A stretch of 64,000 bases of DNA from Lama glama (Eukaryota): assembly GCA_028534125.1 (NCBI GenBank), contig CM052818.1, forward strand, positions 41,666,001-41,730,000. Direction: 5' to 3'. Position 1 is the stretch's first letter, and the number at the start of each line of letters is the position of its first letter. The notes beneath the pieces were generated by a model that was not told where the DNA came from, searched no databases, and saw only the letters and a list, made by a program, of their open reading frames with translations. Below, piece after piece: positions 24,880-36,438 of this stretch. Position numbers and translations under genes: made by a program.

Positions 24880-25690
24880 TTAAAAAGACTTTTATTGAGT
24901 GTCTACTCTGAGCCAGTGAACTACTGAGACATTAGAACAACAAAAATGAACAAAGTATAGCACCTACTCTCAGAAGTCCGTCGTCTGCCGGAGGAGAAAA
25001 AATGAGACATCAGATCACGAGTGTATAAGACAACACGTGCTGTGTAGGAGGCCCACGAGTGTACGGAAGTGTGGAAGTGGGTTTGGGAACCTGGGTAGCC
25101 ATGAGGTCATCATCCCTTGGAGGTGATACCTGGGCTTTGTGTTAGAGAGTAAATGGAAATAATGGTGTGAAGGGCTTGGAAGGGCATCACAGGCAGGGTA
25201 CACAGCACGTGCAAAGGTACGGAGGTGAGAAGGGTTTGGTGGACACAGGGACTTTCATACTATTCAGCGTTGCTGGACTGAAGAGGTTAAGTTAGACAGT
25301 AGCAGATCTGGGAAGCTAGGAACCCATCATAGAGATTTTCTAAGCCAGCCTAGGGATGCTGTGGGCAACAGAGAGTTATTAAAGGACCTTAAATAGGGTG
25401 GTAAAGACCTATCTGCTTTAGGGAGACCCCTTTGGTGACCACATATGGGGTGGGGTGATGTTACAGTTGGTGGAAGAAAGGAGATTATTTACAAGACTGC
25501 TGTAACATCCCAGAGGGAAGATGGTGAGTCTTAATTGAAGCAGAGGAGATGGGATGGAAAGAAAGGAAAGTTTCATGATATTTAAGGGATATGGGACAGT
25601 CAGGCTTAAGTGAGCAAGTAGATGCGCAACCCGGAGCCAGAGCCTTGTTCCTTGGGCTGATTGGGCAGAACACAGACATCAAGAATTGAA
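24880..25690 (-). mobile_element. L2 fragment
   Basis: ttttattgagtgtctactctgagccag; cagcacgtgcaaaggtacggagg; gggcaacagagagttattaaagg. Confidence 0.75.
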
Positions 25691-26234
25691 GGAAAATAGC
25701 TAACATCTCGGGAGAGGAACTGCAGGATTATAAAGACCACACGTTCCCGGCCGTCAGTTGCTACCTCTACAACTGCCCGGCTCTCCAGAGGTGTGCTGCG
25801 CTTATGGGCATGGCAGGGTTCATTTAATCAGGAGGCTTTGAAATGTTTTTGCTCCTCAATCTTCATAAAAAGGAAATGAGGGCTGTGGTGGGTGGACGAA
25901 TTGTTGAGCTGAAAAGAGAGAGACTGGGCCTTTGATGAGCCCCGGCAATAGTCAGGGTCACATGTCGCGCTACCCGGCCCGACTTGCGGGAGTGTGAGGG
26001 CAGGCAGGGAGGAGAGGCAAGCGGGCAGACGCCGGCAGGTGGCTAATCGGATAGCTTGCCAGTACTAGCGATGATCAACAGGCCGGTGTACAGGCGATCA
26101 TGTGCCCTTGAATTTGGGGGGACATTGATGTCCTGTCCCTCCTCCTGACTAGCCATTGTGCCCTGGGCAAAACCCTGCCTTTCTCTTGACTATGTACCGT
26201 TTCTCTCATTCCTCATTAGGCCCAGTTCCATCAC

Positions 26235-26830
26235 TCATTAGTCCCATTTTACAGAAAAGACTGGTGGTATAAAGAAATTAAGTGACTTGCCCCGGGTCCC
26301 ACTCACTAGGATTTCAACTCTGTATAATTCCTCTGTGGGTTGAGAGCCTACGCTGATACATGGTGCACCTGTTCCCATCAAGGTGGCCACTGGTTCCGGC
26401 ACTGAACTGTCCTTCTGACAGCCTGGTGTTTGTCAAAAACCTACTGTAGGCCAGGCCCGCACCAGACACTTGACATAATCTCATTGCCTCATCCTAATCA
26501 CCTGACCTGGCTACCGTGGTCCCCATTTCACAGGCTAGGTGGCAGATCTGAGAGGTCACTCACCCACTTCTTCAGGCCGTGATGTAGGCCTGAGTCTGTT
26601 AAGCCTAAGGTCTGTGCTCTCATCCTAACCCCACTGTGCTCCTGCCTCTGGGGAGAGATAAAACAGAAAGGTGGGCGACGCATTTTTGTACATGGCCCTT
26701 TCACAGACCTATTCTTTAATCCGCAAAGCAGCTATTGCCATCCTGGTTATACAGGAGAAACTGGAGGACGAAGCAGATTAGGCAACTTCCCCAAGGTCAC
26801 AAAGCAAGCCTGCAGTACCTAGCTCTGCAT
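26235..26830 (-). mobile_element. Cluster of three MIR fragments
   Basis: cccattttacagaaaagact...aagtgacttgccc (26243); ccccatttcacagg (26521); caacttccccaaggtcaca (26783). Confidence 0.7.
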
Positions 26831-28700
26831 CTTCACATCAGACAACACAGAGGGAGTGGCATCTAACTCGCAGTCCATTTCAAAAAACGAAGGCGTTTTT
26901 CTGGGTCACATCCTGGACAACCAGCCCTCATCTCAGAATTTGGGGAAGGGCCTTGGGACCGACAGGCCACATGCCCCGCAGCCACTAGGAGCTGCACATG
27001 CCTCCCCTACCTATGGACCGTCGGCATCGGATGCTGCTTTAATTAGATCGCCATGGTAACGAGCTACGGGTGAACAATAGACAGTTGTGTACTTGCGAAA
27101 ATCATCAGCCTCAGACGAGGCCCCGCTAAACTGTAATTATGCTGGAGGAGAAGGGGATCTTCATTTCAGTGAGAGCAATAAACCGCTACCCTCGCCTCGT
27201 TACCTTGGGATGTTATTTGAACATCAGGGTCTGGGATTCCAGGCAGCTTTATTGTTTGAATTTATATTTTGAATGTGTTAAAACCCCCAGGTAAAGATGA
27301 TCATCTTTACATCCTGGGCTTTGAGTTGTGTGTGTCCAGAGGGGAGCTGAGCGCAAGGTAGGGAAGGGAAGAGCAATTACATACGTAGCATTTACTGGGT
27401 GTAGACCTGCCAGATGTTCTACATGGTCTCCCCAAATCATCACCGGAAGCGCCTGCTGCGGGTGTGTTGAGCCCCACTTTACAAGGCTGCAAGCCGGCTG
27501 AGGGTTGACCCCTGAGGGTTTGGCTCTGAGGCCCAGCCGCTTCCCCTGAGCCACAGAGCTGTTCAAGGACAAAAGGAGACGGCCCAGTCCAGCTGCACTG
27601 GCCAGCAGCCCTCTGCATCCTCCTTTTGATGAAATGTGCGAGCCTCCCTTTAATCCGGTTAGTTTTGCTAGTCTGATAAGATGCAGTTCACCCCGATCAT
27701 CAGAGTCGCCGAGATCCATAAATAACCGAAAGATCATTTAAAAATAAATTACGGACTGAAAGCAGGGAAAATGCAATCCTTGGATTGTGGCTCTCCAGGC
27801 CTACCATAAATCTGTTGTCTTTTCGGCTCTGCAGCGGCCAGGGTCACAGACCGTAAAGAGCTTCCGCAGAGAAATTTGAAAAATCCCAGCAAGATGGGGC
27901 ATGTGGGAGTCATCGGAAAGGCATTTGCATTCTCTGCCATGAGCCCAGGGTGAAGGATGCAGCCCGCAGGCTGTCTGGGCAGGATGGGTGGGTCCACACA
28001 CGGAGGAGCCAGCTGCTGCCCTGCCTGCTGGGACTTCAGGCCACCATGGAAAGAAAGAACCCGGCCCCGTAAATGTCTGTGCCTGACCCACTTTCACAAA
28101 AAGGAACAAAATTTCCAGTCTCGCTGCAGCATGAAGCTACATTTCCCTTTGGAGACGGGACCCAGTGACCTCAATTCATCAGACAGGGGATGAGTCTGAT
28201 TTTAGATTTTGTTTTTCCGGAGAGATCACAGTGGTGTTGGAAGAGAGGGGAGGTAAAAATGGATCGCTAGGGAAAGCGGTGGAAGGTGAACAGGACGAGC
28301 TCCCCAGGCCCTGCAGCTGCCCCTCGTTCGCATGCAGGACGGCAGGGTAGGGAGGGGGCCTCAGGGGGCCTTTGCACAAGCTGACGAAACAGTGTCAGCA
28401 GCTGTCCCCTCATCTTCACCTCTGGCCGTTGTGATGCTCCAGTGGAATGGTGACCCCCCACCTCCTGTTCAGACAACGACCCAGTAATGGGCATTTTCTC
28501 CACACCTGTGCTTGGAACAGCTCCACTGGGACAGCCATCTGCCTCCAGGATCAGGTCTGGGCACCCTCCCCTTCCTCACTCACTTTTCACAGCCAGTGGG
28601 AACGTTCTAAGAATTTATTCCTCCCTGGAAAGGCACAGGACTGAAAATCATTGGCAGTTTGAGCTGCAAGTGCATTTCATGATGTTCTAGCTAGGATTTT

Positions 28701-29244
28701 TATTTTAATTGATGTATAGTCGGCTTACAATGTTGTGTTAATTTCTGGTGTACAGCATAGTGATTCAGTTATACATATATAATATATATATATATTCCTT
28801 TCTGTATTCTTTTTAATTATAGGCCATTACAAGGTATTGAATATAGTTCCCTGTGTTGTACAGTAGGACCTTCATAGCAGCACTATTTACAACAGTCAAG
28901 ACATAGAAGCAACCTAAATATCCATCAACAGATGACTGGATAAAGAAGATGTGGTATATATACAATGGAATACTACTCAGCCATAAAAGGAATAAAATAA
29001 TGTCATTTGCCATGACATGGATGGACCTGGAGATCGTCATTCTAAGTGAAGTAAGCCAGAAAGAGAAAGGACAATACCATATGATATCACTTATATGTGG
29101 AATCTAAAAAATGAGACAGATGAATTTATTTACAAAACAGAAACATTCTCACAGACATAGGAAACAAGCTTGGGGTTACCGGGGGGCACACGGGTGGGAA
29201 GGGATACACTGAAAGTTTGGAATCTGCAGATATTAACTAATATG
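28701..29244. mobile_element. Artiodactyl-type L1 3' end with 5' inversion (28701-28870 minus, 28871-29244 plus)
   Basis: The terminal 3' UTR lies on the minus strand and abuts the immediately upstream L1 segment on the plus strand (ttcatagcagcactatttac...gatgactggataaagaagatgtgg). Confidence 0.9.
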
Positions 29245-29534
29245 TGTGGATAGGGTTTTAAACTCTGGGATTCCTCACCTCTTCGAGAACACAGTGAAAG
29301 CCAGGGAACTTCTCCCCGTGGACAAAGGGGTATGTGGACATGTGTCCAACCATTTGTGTGAACAATCTCAGAGGATGTGCAACCTCCAACACCCACCCAC
29401 GGTCTCCTGCGCTCATACCCCAGCCGAAGAATCCTTGCTCTGGGCTAACCCCTTCATTTTATAGATGGTTGAGCAGTAAGAGGGGGTGACTAACATTGGT
29501 TCGAAAGCCAGTGACGTCACACTGAAGTCCCATT

Positions 29535-30005
29535 CCTCTCTCTCCCTGGAGAACCTCTACAACCACTTCCTCATGGGACTCTTATTTCCCCTTAGCTTCT
29601 CTCCGGTGTATCCTCCACACCCTAATAAAGTAACCCTTTTTCAAATACAGATAACATTAGGTACCTCATCTGCTTAAACTCACTTAATGATCCTCCACTA
29701 CCCTTGAGATAAGACCCAGCATCTTTCACACGACTTACAAGCCAGGGCGTCACATGAGATCCTGGAGGAGAGGCTGCTCACAGCCCGCTCCCTGTCTGCA
29801 AGACCCTCAAAATATGGCCCAAGCAGCCCTCACCAGCCTCACCATGTTCCACGCTCACTCCACACTCCACTCTTCTCTGAGCCTCTCACATACTCCAGGG
29901 CCTTTGCACATCTTCTGACACAGCTTCCCTTCCTCTCTTCACTCACCTACCTTGCATTCATACTCCACCTCGCTGCTTTGTCACTTTTCAGGAAGGCCTT
30001 CCCCG
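29535..30005 (+). mobile_element. L2 fragment
   Basis: ccagggcctttgcacat; gtcacttttcaggaaggccttccccga. Confidence 0.65.
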
Positions 30006-30429
30006 AGTTTGGCTTCCTGAATCAGTCAGGGTCCAGCCAGGGCCTGGAAACTGTGATTCCAAATGGACGGGATTAATCTGGGGTGGGGGCTGTTACCCAA
30101 GTGATGAAAAGCTGAAAAGGTTTTTAAGAATTGACACTGGGTTAACCCAGAGAGCCCTGGCTTCAGGGCGCCATCACTGGCCCTCGGTGTGGAGACTAAA
30201 CGGGAAGAGGTAGAGTCACCAAGATCTAGAATTTCAGAGAAGGGGCCCATGGGGCTAGGGCTCTGACCTCTGAGAGGCTGCTATGTGTCTGTGGATGTGT
30301 CCAGCTGGCACTGGGACTTTTTCCACAGGTGGCACTGAGACCTCGATGCTTGGATGGTGGTGCTCAGAGGGCAGCCCAAGGGCATAGCCCGTGTTTGCAG
30401 CATCACACACTCTGAGGGGCGGGAGCTCC

Positions 30430-30618
30430 CCACTGCTGCTGGAAGAACTGGGCAAAACAGGAAGAGAGCCTCCTTGACCTCCCCTGGTGCTGGAACCTAA
30501 TTGGAAGCCAGCTGGCAAAGGAGTCTGGGAAATGTGGTTCACAGACTCCCAGCCCCGGCATCACAGAGCAGATTACGGAGCAGATTTGGCCAAGAGACCA
30601 AAGTTAATCATCAGCACA
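30430..30618 (-). mobile_element. ERVL LTR fragment, LTR33-like
   Basis: ggaagccagctggcaaaggagtctgggaaatgt...cccagccccggcatcacagagcaga...cagcaca is the reverse complement of the recalled LTR33 5' end. Confidence 0.7.
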
Positions 30619-31669
30619 ACCCCGTGGCATATTGTTTATCTCTTGACCGTTTCGTTCAAGTCCAGGCTCTGTACAGGTTGGCCAAACCATCATCCCTCCC
30701 AGTGCTGGCACAGAGCTCAGTAGTCAGCACTCAGCGAGAACTTTCTGAGCCTCAGCTTCCAGAGCAGCAAAGTGGAGCTAAATCCCTGTCCTCAGAATTG
30801 TCGTGACGACTGTGAAGGTGAGGACTGTGAGCCGGCCAGGAGCTGTCTGGACTCAGGTCACAACAAAACATGAGAGCCTTTCATAGAAAGTGTCTGGCTT
30901 CCCTAGGCGCTGTCTTCTGAGCTTGTTTTTTAACAGCGCGCGAGGATGCTAAGGGAAGCGTGTGAAACCCACTTACTGCCTATCTTCCCCAAAGAATTTC
31001 AAAAGCTCCTTCTGCCTATTTTTGTCCTGCGGTGCTTGAGTGACTATGTGGGTTATCACCTGTGACAAACATTTTTATATGAGTGTTGACGTTTCTGGTG
31101 TTGCCGGAGAGGACAACAGCACCTAGGGAGCCCTGTGGAAAGAAGTCTGCAAACATTCTGACCGCAGGGTGTCAGGGGTGGGGCAGCAGGCAGAGAGGAA
31201 GATCTGGGGCCTAGAATTCTTAGCTGGAATCCAGAAAGCTATGAACACAGTGAATTCCTTCTTTGAACGCCACCGGGCAGTTTGTGTCACGGAACTTCTC
31301 AGACATGAGAGCGTTTTGCAAGCACTGAGACTTCTGATCCAAGATGTGTCTGAACATGCCCTGTGAGTGTGGAATTCCTCAGGAGCCAGTTCAAGAGGCT
31401 GTCTGTCACCTTGTCATCCTCCTGGAGGAAAGGCCCCTGGACCGGGGAGTTAGGAGACATGAGTCCTAGTCTCTTCTTATTGGCTACCTCTGTGAGCTTT
31501 CGCAGATCCCTTCTCCTGCATTTGTCTGGGTTGGTTCTGAGTTTTGTTGGGCTGGGCGTTTGAATCGCCTGGTCACTTACCCCTAGAGACCTGATGAAGC
31601 TGGTTTGGGGTGGGTCCTGGGCGTTATTTACTGTTCTAAGCTTTTGTGCCTCCAGGAATGAGAACGACT

Positions 31670-31860
31670 CACTGTTCCAACGCATTTCAGTGTTTGTCAC
31701 AATCACTTGGAGGATTTGTCAAAACACGGGTCGCTCAGCCCCACCCCCCCTGAGTTTCTGACTCAGTGGGTCTGAGGTGACGTCTGAGAATCTGCATTCC
31801 TAATAAGTTTCCAGGTCCTACTGATGCTGTCAGTCTAGGACCACATTTTGAGAAGCCCTG
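31670..31860 (-). mobile_element. MER5A (hAT-Charlie)
   Basis: gagtttctgactcagtgggtctgaggtg...gaatctgcatt...gaccacattttgagaagccctg. Confidence 0.85.
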
Positions 31861-31868
31861 CTCTAGCC

Positions 31869-32052
31869 CAGTGGTCACAACGGAGGGGTGACTTTGCCTC
31901 CCAGGGCACATCGGGAGGATGTGTGAAGACATTTTTGGCTTTCACGACTGCTCCTAGGACCTGGTGGGCAGAGGCCAGGGGTGCTGCTAAACATTCCACA
32001 AAGCACAGGGCATTTCCCCCAAAGAAGTATCCAGCCCAAAATGTCAATAGTG
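31869..32052 (+). mobile_element. MER20 (hAT-Charlie), right end missing
   Basis: ggggtgactttgcctcccaggg...gaggccaggggtgctgctaaacat...ccagcccaaaatgtcaatagtg. Confidence 0.9.
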
Positions 32053-32053
32053 T

Positions 32054-32172
32054 CAGTGCATCGGCAATTTTAATGTGCCCGTGAGTCACCTGGAGATCGT
32101 GTTAAAGTGCAGATTCTGATAGAGTTGGTCTAGGGAATGGCCCAAGAATTTGCATGCTATAAACTCCCAAAC
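32054..32172. mobile_element. MER5-family fragment
   Basis: gagtcacctggagatcgtgttaaagtgcagattctgat...gaatttgcat. Confidence 0.75.
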
Positions 32173-33865
32173 TGCTTCCTTTACCTCTATGAATACATCC
32201 TCCCCTAGCCTGGAATATGCAGATAACGCTGCTATTCACTGCTCATTCTTCTGAGCCTACAATAGGATGACCACTGACATAGGAAGCCCTCAAGAAGCAT
32301 CAGAAAGAATTAAGACACTCACTGTGCACAAGCCGAGCTGGCTTCCCCCACCTACCACCGCACTTGGTCAAGAAGCCCTTGAGAGTGAGGCTCTTGTCTG
32401 ATCCTTTTGTGTTCCTCCAAAGATGGACACGGAGCTAGGCACAGGTTAGGAACTCCATATATATCTGTTGTACTTAATTAGATGGACACAGTAAGAGTCA
32501 ACATGCTTGTAATGACAGATTATCATTTCCAAGCTACTGCTGTTGACCTCTCCTTCCAAATGAATCCTTTCCCCGGTCCCAGTGCTCGTCATTTGCAAGA
32601 TGTTTCAGTTGTATATTCTTGTTTGATCCTCCTCACAAAGTTACAAGGTGAGCAGGGTCCATCCCCACTTACAGATGGGAAAACTGACATGCAGAAATGT
32701 GTAGAACTGTGACTGCAGCAAAAGTCCCCATCCCGGCCATGCCATGCCATGCCACACCACTCCCAGGCACCCAGGGAGCTCTGTGCCCCTGCGCCCCACT
32801 CTTCTCTTCATCATGATCACACCTTCTCCTCTTTCTTGTCCCATTTTTTCTGCCTTTCATATCTTCCCATGCCCACATACCAGACAGCCATAGCCTCTAC
32901 TTAACTGGCTTTCTTTTTAGCCTCTCTGTCTGGTACTGCCCGGGATGGCTGAGGACTTCCTAAAATGCCAACCTGATGAATAGGTTCTCTCCAGCTGGTG
33001 GAGGAAAGTCAAGATCCTACCTTATTCACTGCCCTCTTCCCACCCTGTTTCACCAATCACTTTGAACATCACCCCCGGAGAGTCTTCAGCCTACACGGTA
33101 CCATGTCTGGGATCCTTCTCATTACAAGGCAAGTACAGTACGTAACTGACATCTGCTCTCTGCTGGTCCTGTGAGAGCCAGTGAAGAAGCAGAGATTTCT
33201 AATTCACAGTTCTTCCTCTCAATATGGTGTTGGAAAAGAAGTTTGGGTTCGGAAAGATTTCAATCAAATCCCAGCTTTGGGTTTTCCAACCGGTAGCTGC
33301 TTTTTCTGTCTCTTTGGTTGGTTTCTCACCCTTTCTCCTGACTGCTCGATGCTGGAGAGCTCCAGGGTTCCATCCTCTGACCTCCTTTTTTCCGTCTACA
33401 CTCACTTCATGGATGATCTCATCCTGTCCCCACTGATGGCTCACCAATGTACATCTAAAGCAACAGCCTCTCTTGTGAACTCCAGACTGACATATCCAAA
33501 ACTTACTCAACATCACAACTTTGATGTCCAACAGGGAAAAAATATGTGTCAGTATCCAAAACCAAAATCTTGATTATGCCTCACTTCCCCAAATGTTCCT
33601 CCCACAATTATTCTCATTTCTGTTAATGTCAATTTCCTTCCATCTTGGAAGAATCCTAGGCTCCTGTCCACCTTTCACCAGTCTCCTTCAAACTTGGCTC
33701 CATGTTTAAAATAGGAGCATCAACTTCTATCACCTCCACTTCACCATCCCGGCTCAAACCATAGCATCTCTCACCTGAAAAATTGCATATGCATCCTGTC
33801 TGGTCTCCCTGTCTCCATCCTTGTCTTCCTACAAACTGTTCTCCATAAGCAGAGAGAATGATTCA

Positions 33866-34312
33866 TGTGCAGTGGCTTAATGGTCACCCTCAAAAAGATA
33901 TGCCTATGTCCTAATATCCAGGCCCTGTGAATGTCACCTTATTTGCGAAAAGGGTCTTTGCAGATGAAATTAAGTTAAAGATCTTGAAATGTGATCATCC
34001 TGGATTATCCAAGTGGACCCTACGTCCAATGACAAGTGTTCTTAGAAGACACAGAAGAGAAGACACAGACCTATAGAGGAGAAGTGATGTAAAGACAGAG
34101 GTAGAGATGAGAGAGATGAGGCCATGAGTCAAGGAACTCCTGGAGCCCCCAGAAGCTAAAAGAGGCAAGGAAAGAGTCTCCCCTGAAGCCTCTGGAGGGA
34201 GTGTGGAGCTGTTGATGCCTTAGTTTGGGGTTTCTGGACTCCAGAACCCGTGAGACGATTAATTTCTGTTGCTTTACACCATCAAGTTTGGCAGCCCTCA
34301 GAATCTAATATC
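33866..34312 (+). mobile_element. MaLR solo LTR, MLT1C-like
   Basis: ctgtgaatgtcaccttatttgcgaaaagggtctttgcagatg...cagaagctaaaagaggcaaggaa...aatttctgttgcttta. Confidence 0.9.
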
Positions 34313-34756
34313 AGACCCCATTCATTTTCTGATCTGAATCTTTCAGCATTATTCTATTTCACTTTGAGTAAAATCAGATTCCTTGCCACAGCTGATGTGA
34401 GCTGACCCTATGGGCCCTCTGATTGCATCTCCTGCCACACTCCCTCCTTCCACCTACGGCAGCAACACTGGCGTCCTTGCCGTGTCTTGACAACTCCATG
34501 CAGGTCCTCACCTCAGAGATGTGATTCTTGTTTCCTCTATCCTGAATAGTTTTTCTCAGATATCCATGGCTCATTCCCTCACTTTCCTCTGCTCTCTGTT
34601 AGAGAGGCAGAAAGGCCCTCTCCGATCACCTGATATGTAATAGTTCACCCCTACCCACTTGCTTTATCCACCATACACTGGTGCCCTTCCTAGCACATAT
34701 CATCATTTAATAGAATACTTATCAATCTCGTTGGTTATGTTTCTTCCCACTGGAAG

Positions 34757-35236
34757 TGTTACCAAGTCCAAGTTCCTGCTGCTCACTGCACAACAGGCCA
34801 ATAAATCAGGAGACAAGGTGTTGGGGCAAGGAATTGCAACTTTACTTGGAAATCTAGTTCACCAAGAACTAGTGACTCAAAGAACCATCTTCCCTGAGTT
34901 AGAATTCAGGCTTCTTTTATACTGTAAGGGGATGTGGGGGTGTGGTTGATTGTTGAAAACTTCTTGGTGTCAGAATCCACATTGGTCAGGTCATGATGTT
35001 CCTGTAAACCTCCGAAAAGACAAATGCTCTTCTCTGTTCTGCAACTTTTTATCTCTATACGAATGGAAAAGTGTTACACCCTTAAAGGTCAGAGCCTTGA
35101 GAATGGGCTGTCCTGTTGATTTCAGGTTATAGGCAACATTCTTTCACAAAAGATACAGAACCATCATGACTAAGCACAGGAAACAGAGCACAGAGTTAGA
35201 GCTAAAGGAACAGATGATTCGTTCTTCCCTATTACC
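34757..35236 (-). mobile_element. ERV1 solo LTR (MER41-like), inverted paralogue of 7145-7667
   Basis: Shared blocks include cccttaaaggtcagagccttgagaat, ggtcaggtcat...tgttcctgtaaacctcc and catgactaagcacagga; flanks gaag/gaaa. Confidence 0.88.
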
Positions 35237-36124
35237 GAAAAAAAAGAGGCGTGATAGTAAGGAATTTGTTTTCTTCTCTACTGCGTACCCAGTGCAAGCA
35301 AGTGCCTGGCACATACGAGGCACTGAAAAAAACGTCTGCCGAACAGATACCTCTTGCCATGTATGAGATCCTGTGATTCACTCATCCTCTCAGCCTTAGC
35401 GACAGAACGGGACCCAGCAGCAGGAAGAACATGTACAAAAGCACAGAAGTCCAGAAGAGCCTGCAATCTGGTAGAAATGGCACAGAACTCCACTTGCCTA
35501 GAGCACATGGTACAAACGGTGAGTGAAGGAGTGGAGATGAACAGAAGGGATTGGCAGGAGGGGTTGCAGAGAGGAAGTTTAGGCAGGTTAGGTTTAATGT
35601 CAAGGACTTTGAATTCCCTCATTATCTTTGAAAAATATGTTCCTGAAAAAAATCACTTTATATATTTAAAAAAAAGCTAAACAGTTTTTAAAATGTCAAG
35701 GTTATAGAGAACCTTTCTGATCATCATGAGCTCCAGGTCAGTTCCCTCAATTTGTAGATTTGAATTTTGAGGCCCCAGGAGAAAAGGCTCATTATGCAAA
35801 ATCAAGCAAAAAGCTTCTGGGGAAAAAAAAAAGCTGCTCTTTGCTGACTCCCAGTCCAAGATTCCTTCTTATTCTAGGTGACAGTCTCTGAAAAGCAAGA
35901 CACATCCAACACAGGAAAAGCAAGAACTGCCTGCTGATGAGCACTTTCAGATCTAAGACAGGGCGGCCCCTCTTAAAAATCCCCTGGGCCTGGACCCCAA
36001 GCTGAGAAGATTCACCAATGGGACCTGGATTTGACTCCTCCCTCCTCTGAGCTCTCAGAACGTGCTCAGAACTGTAGTCCAGTATAGGCACCACCCTGTT
36101 CTCACTTGCCTGTCTCTCTACTTC

Positions 36125-36438
36125 ATTTAACCTTCTGTATTGAAGTATAATTACATACAATAAACCTCTAACGGGTAATGGGCACCATTTAATTACTTTG
36201 ACTGTTTGATGACTTCGGCTTTGCACCTGCAAAGAACATCTCCATCATTCCTCCCAGTTTCCTCTTGGCTCTTAGTGATCCATCCCTCCCTTCATCTCTG
36301 GCCAGAGAAAACCACTGATTATCTTTCTGTCACTTTTCATCATAGGTTAATTGACATTTTCTAGAATGTTATATAAAGGGCGTCACCCAGAATGTGCTTT
36401 CTTTTTTGCCTCACTATTTTTATTCAGCACATTATTTA
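36125..36438 (-). mobile_element. L1M 3' end running into the gap
   Basis: tattgaagtataattacatacaataaa...aaccactgattatctttctgtcact...ttcagcacattattt. Confidence 0.75.

Larger units (their letters stand above)
33170..35350 (+). mobile_element. L2 (RT remnant to 3' end) carrying two LTR insertions
   Basis: LLFSVYTHFMDDLI resembles the L2 RT motif PLLFSLYT-SLGDLI; gaactccagact; 3' end gtgcctggcacatacgaggcact. Confidence 0.8.

Noticed and set aside
29511..29520. Full CRE palindrome gtgacgtcac
   Set aside because: A single 8-10 bp motif in MIR/L2 debris with no promoter context; expected by chance.
32737..32754. (CATGC)n run resembling p53 half-sites
   Set aside because: Fails RRRCWWGYYY; it is a short pentamer slippage repeat.
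7145..35236. Full provirus bounded by the two ERV1 LTRs
   Set aside because: The LTRs are inverted, have different flanks, and no gag/pol/env sequence lies between them.
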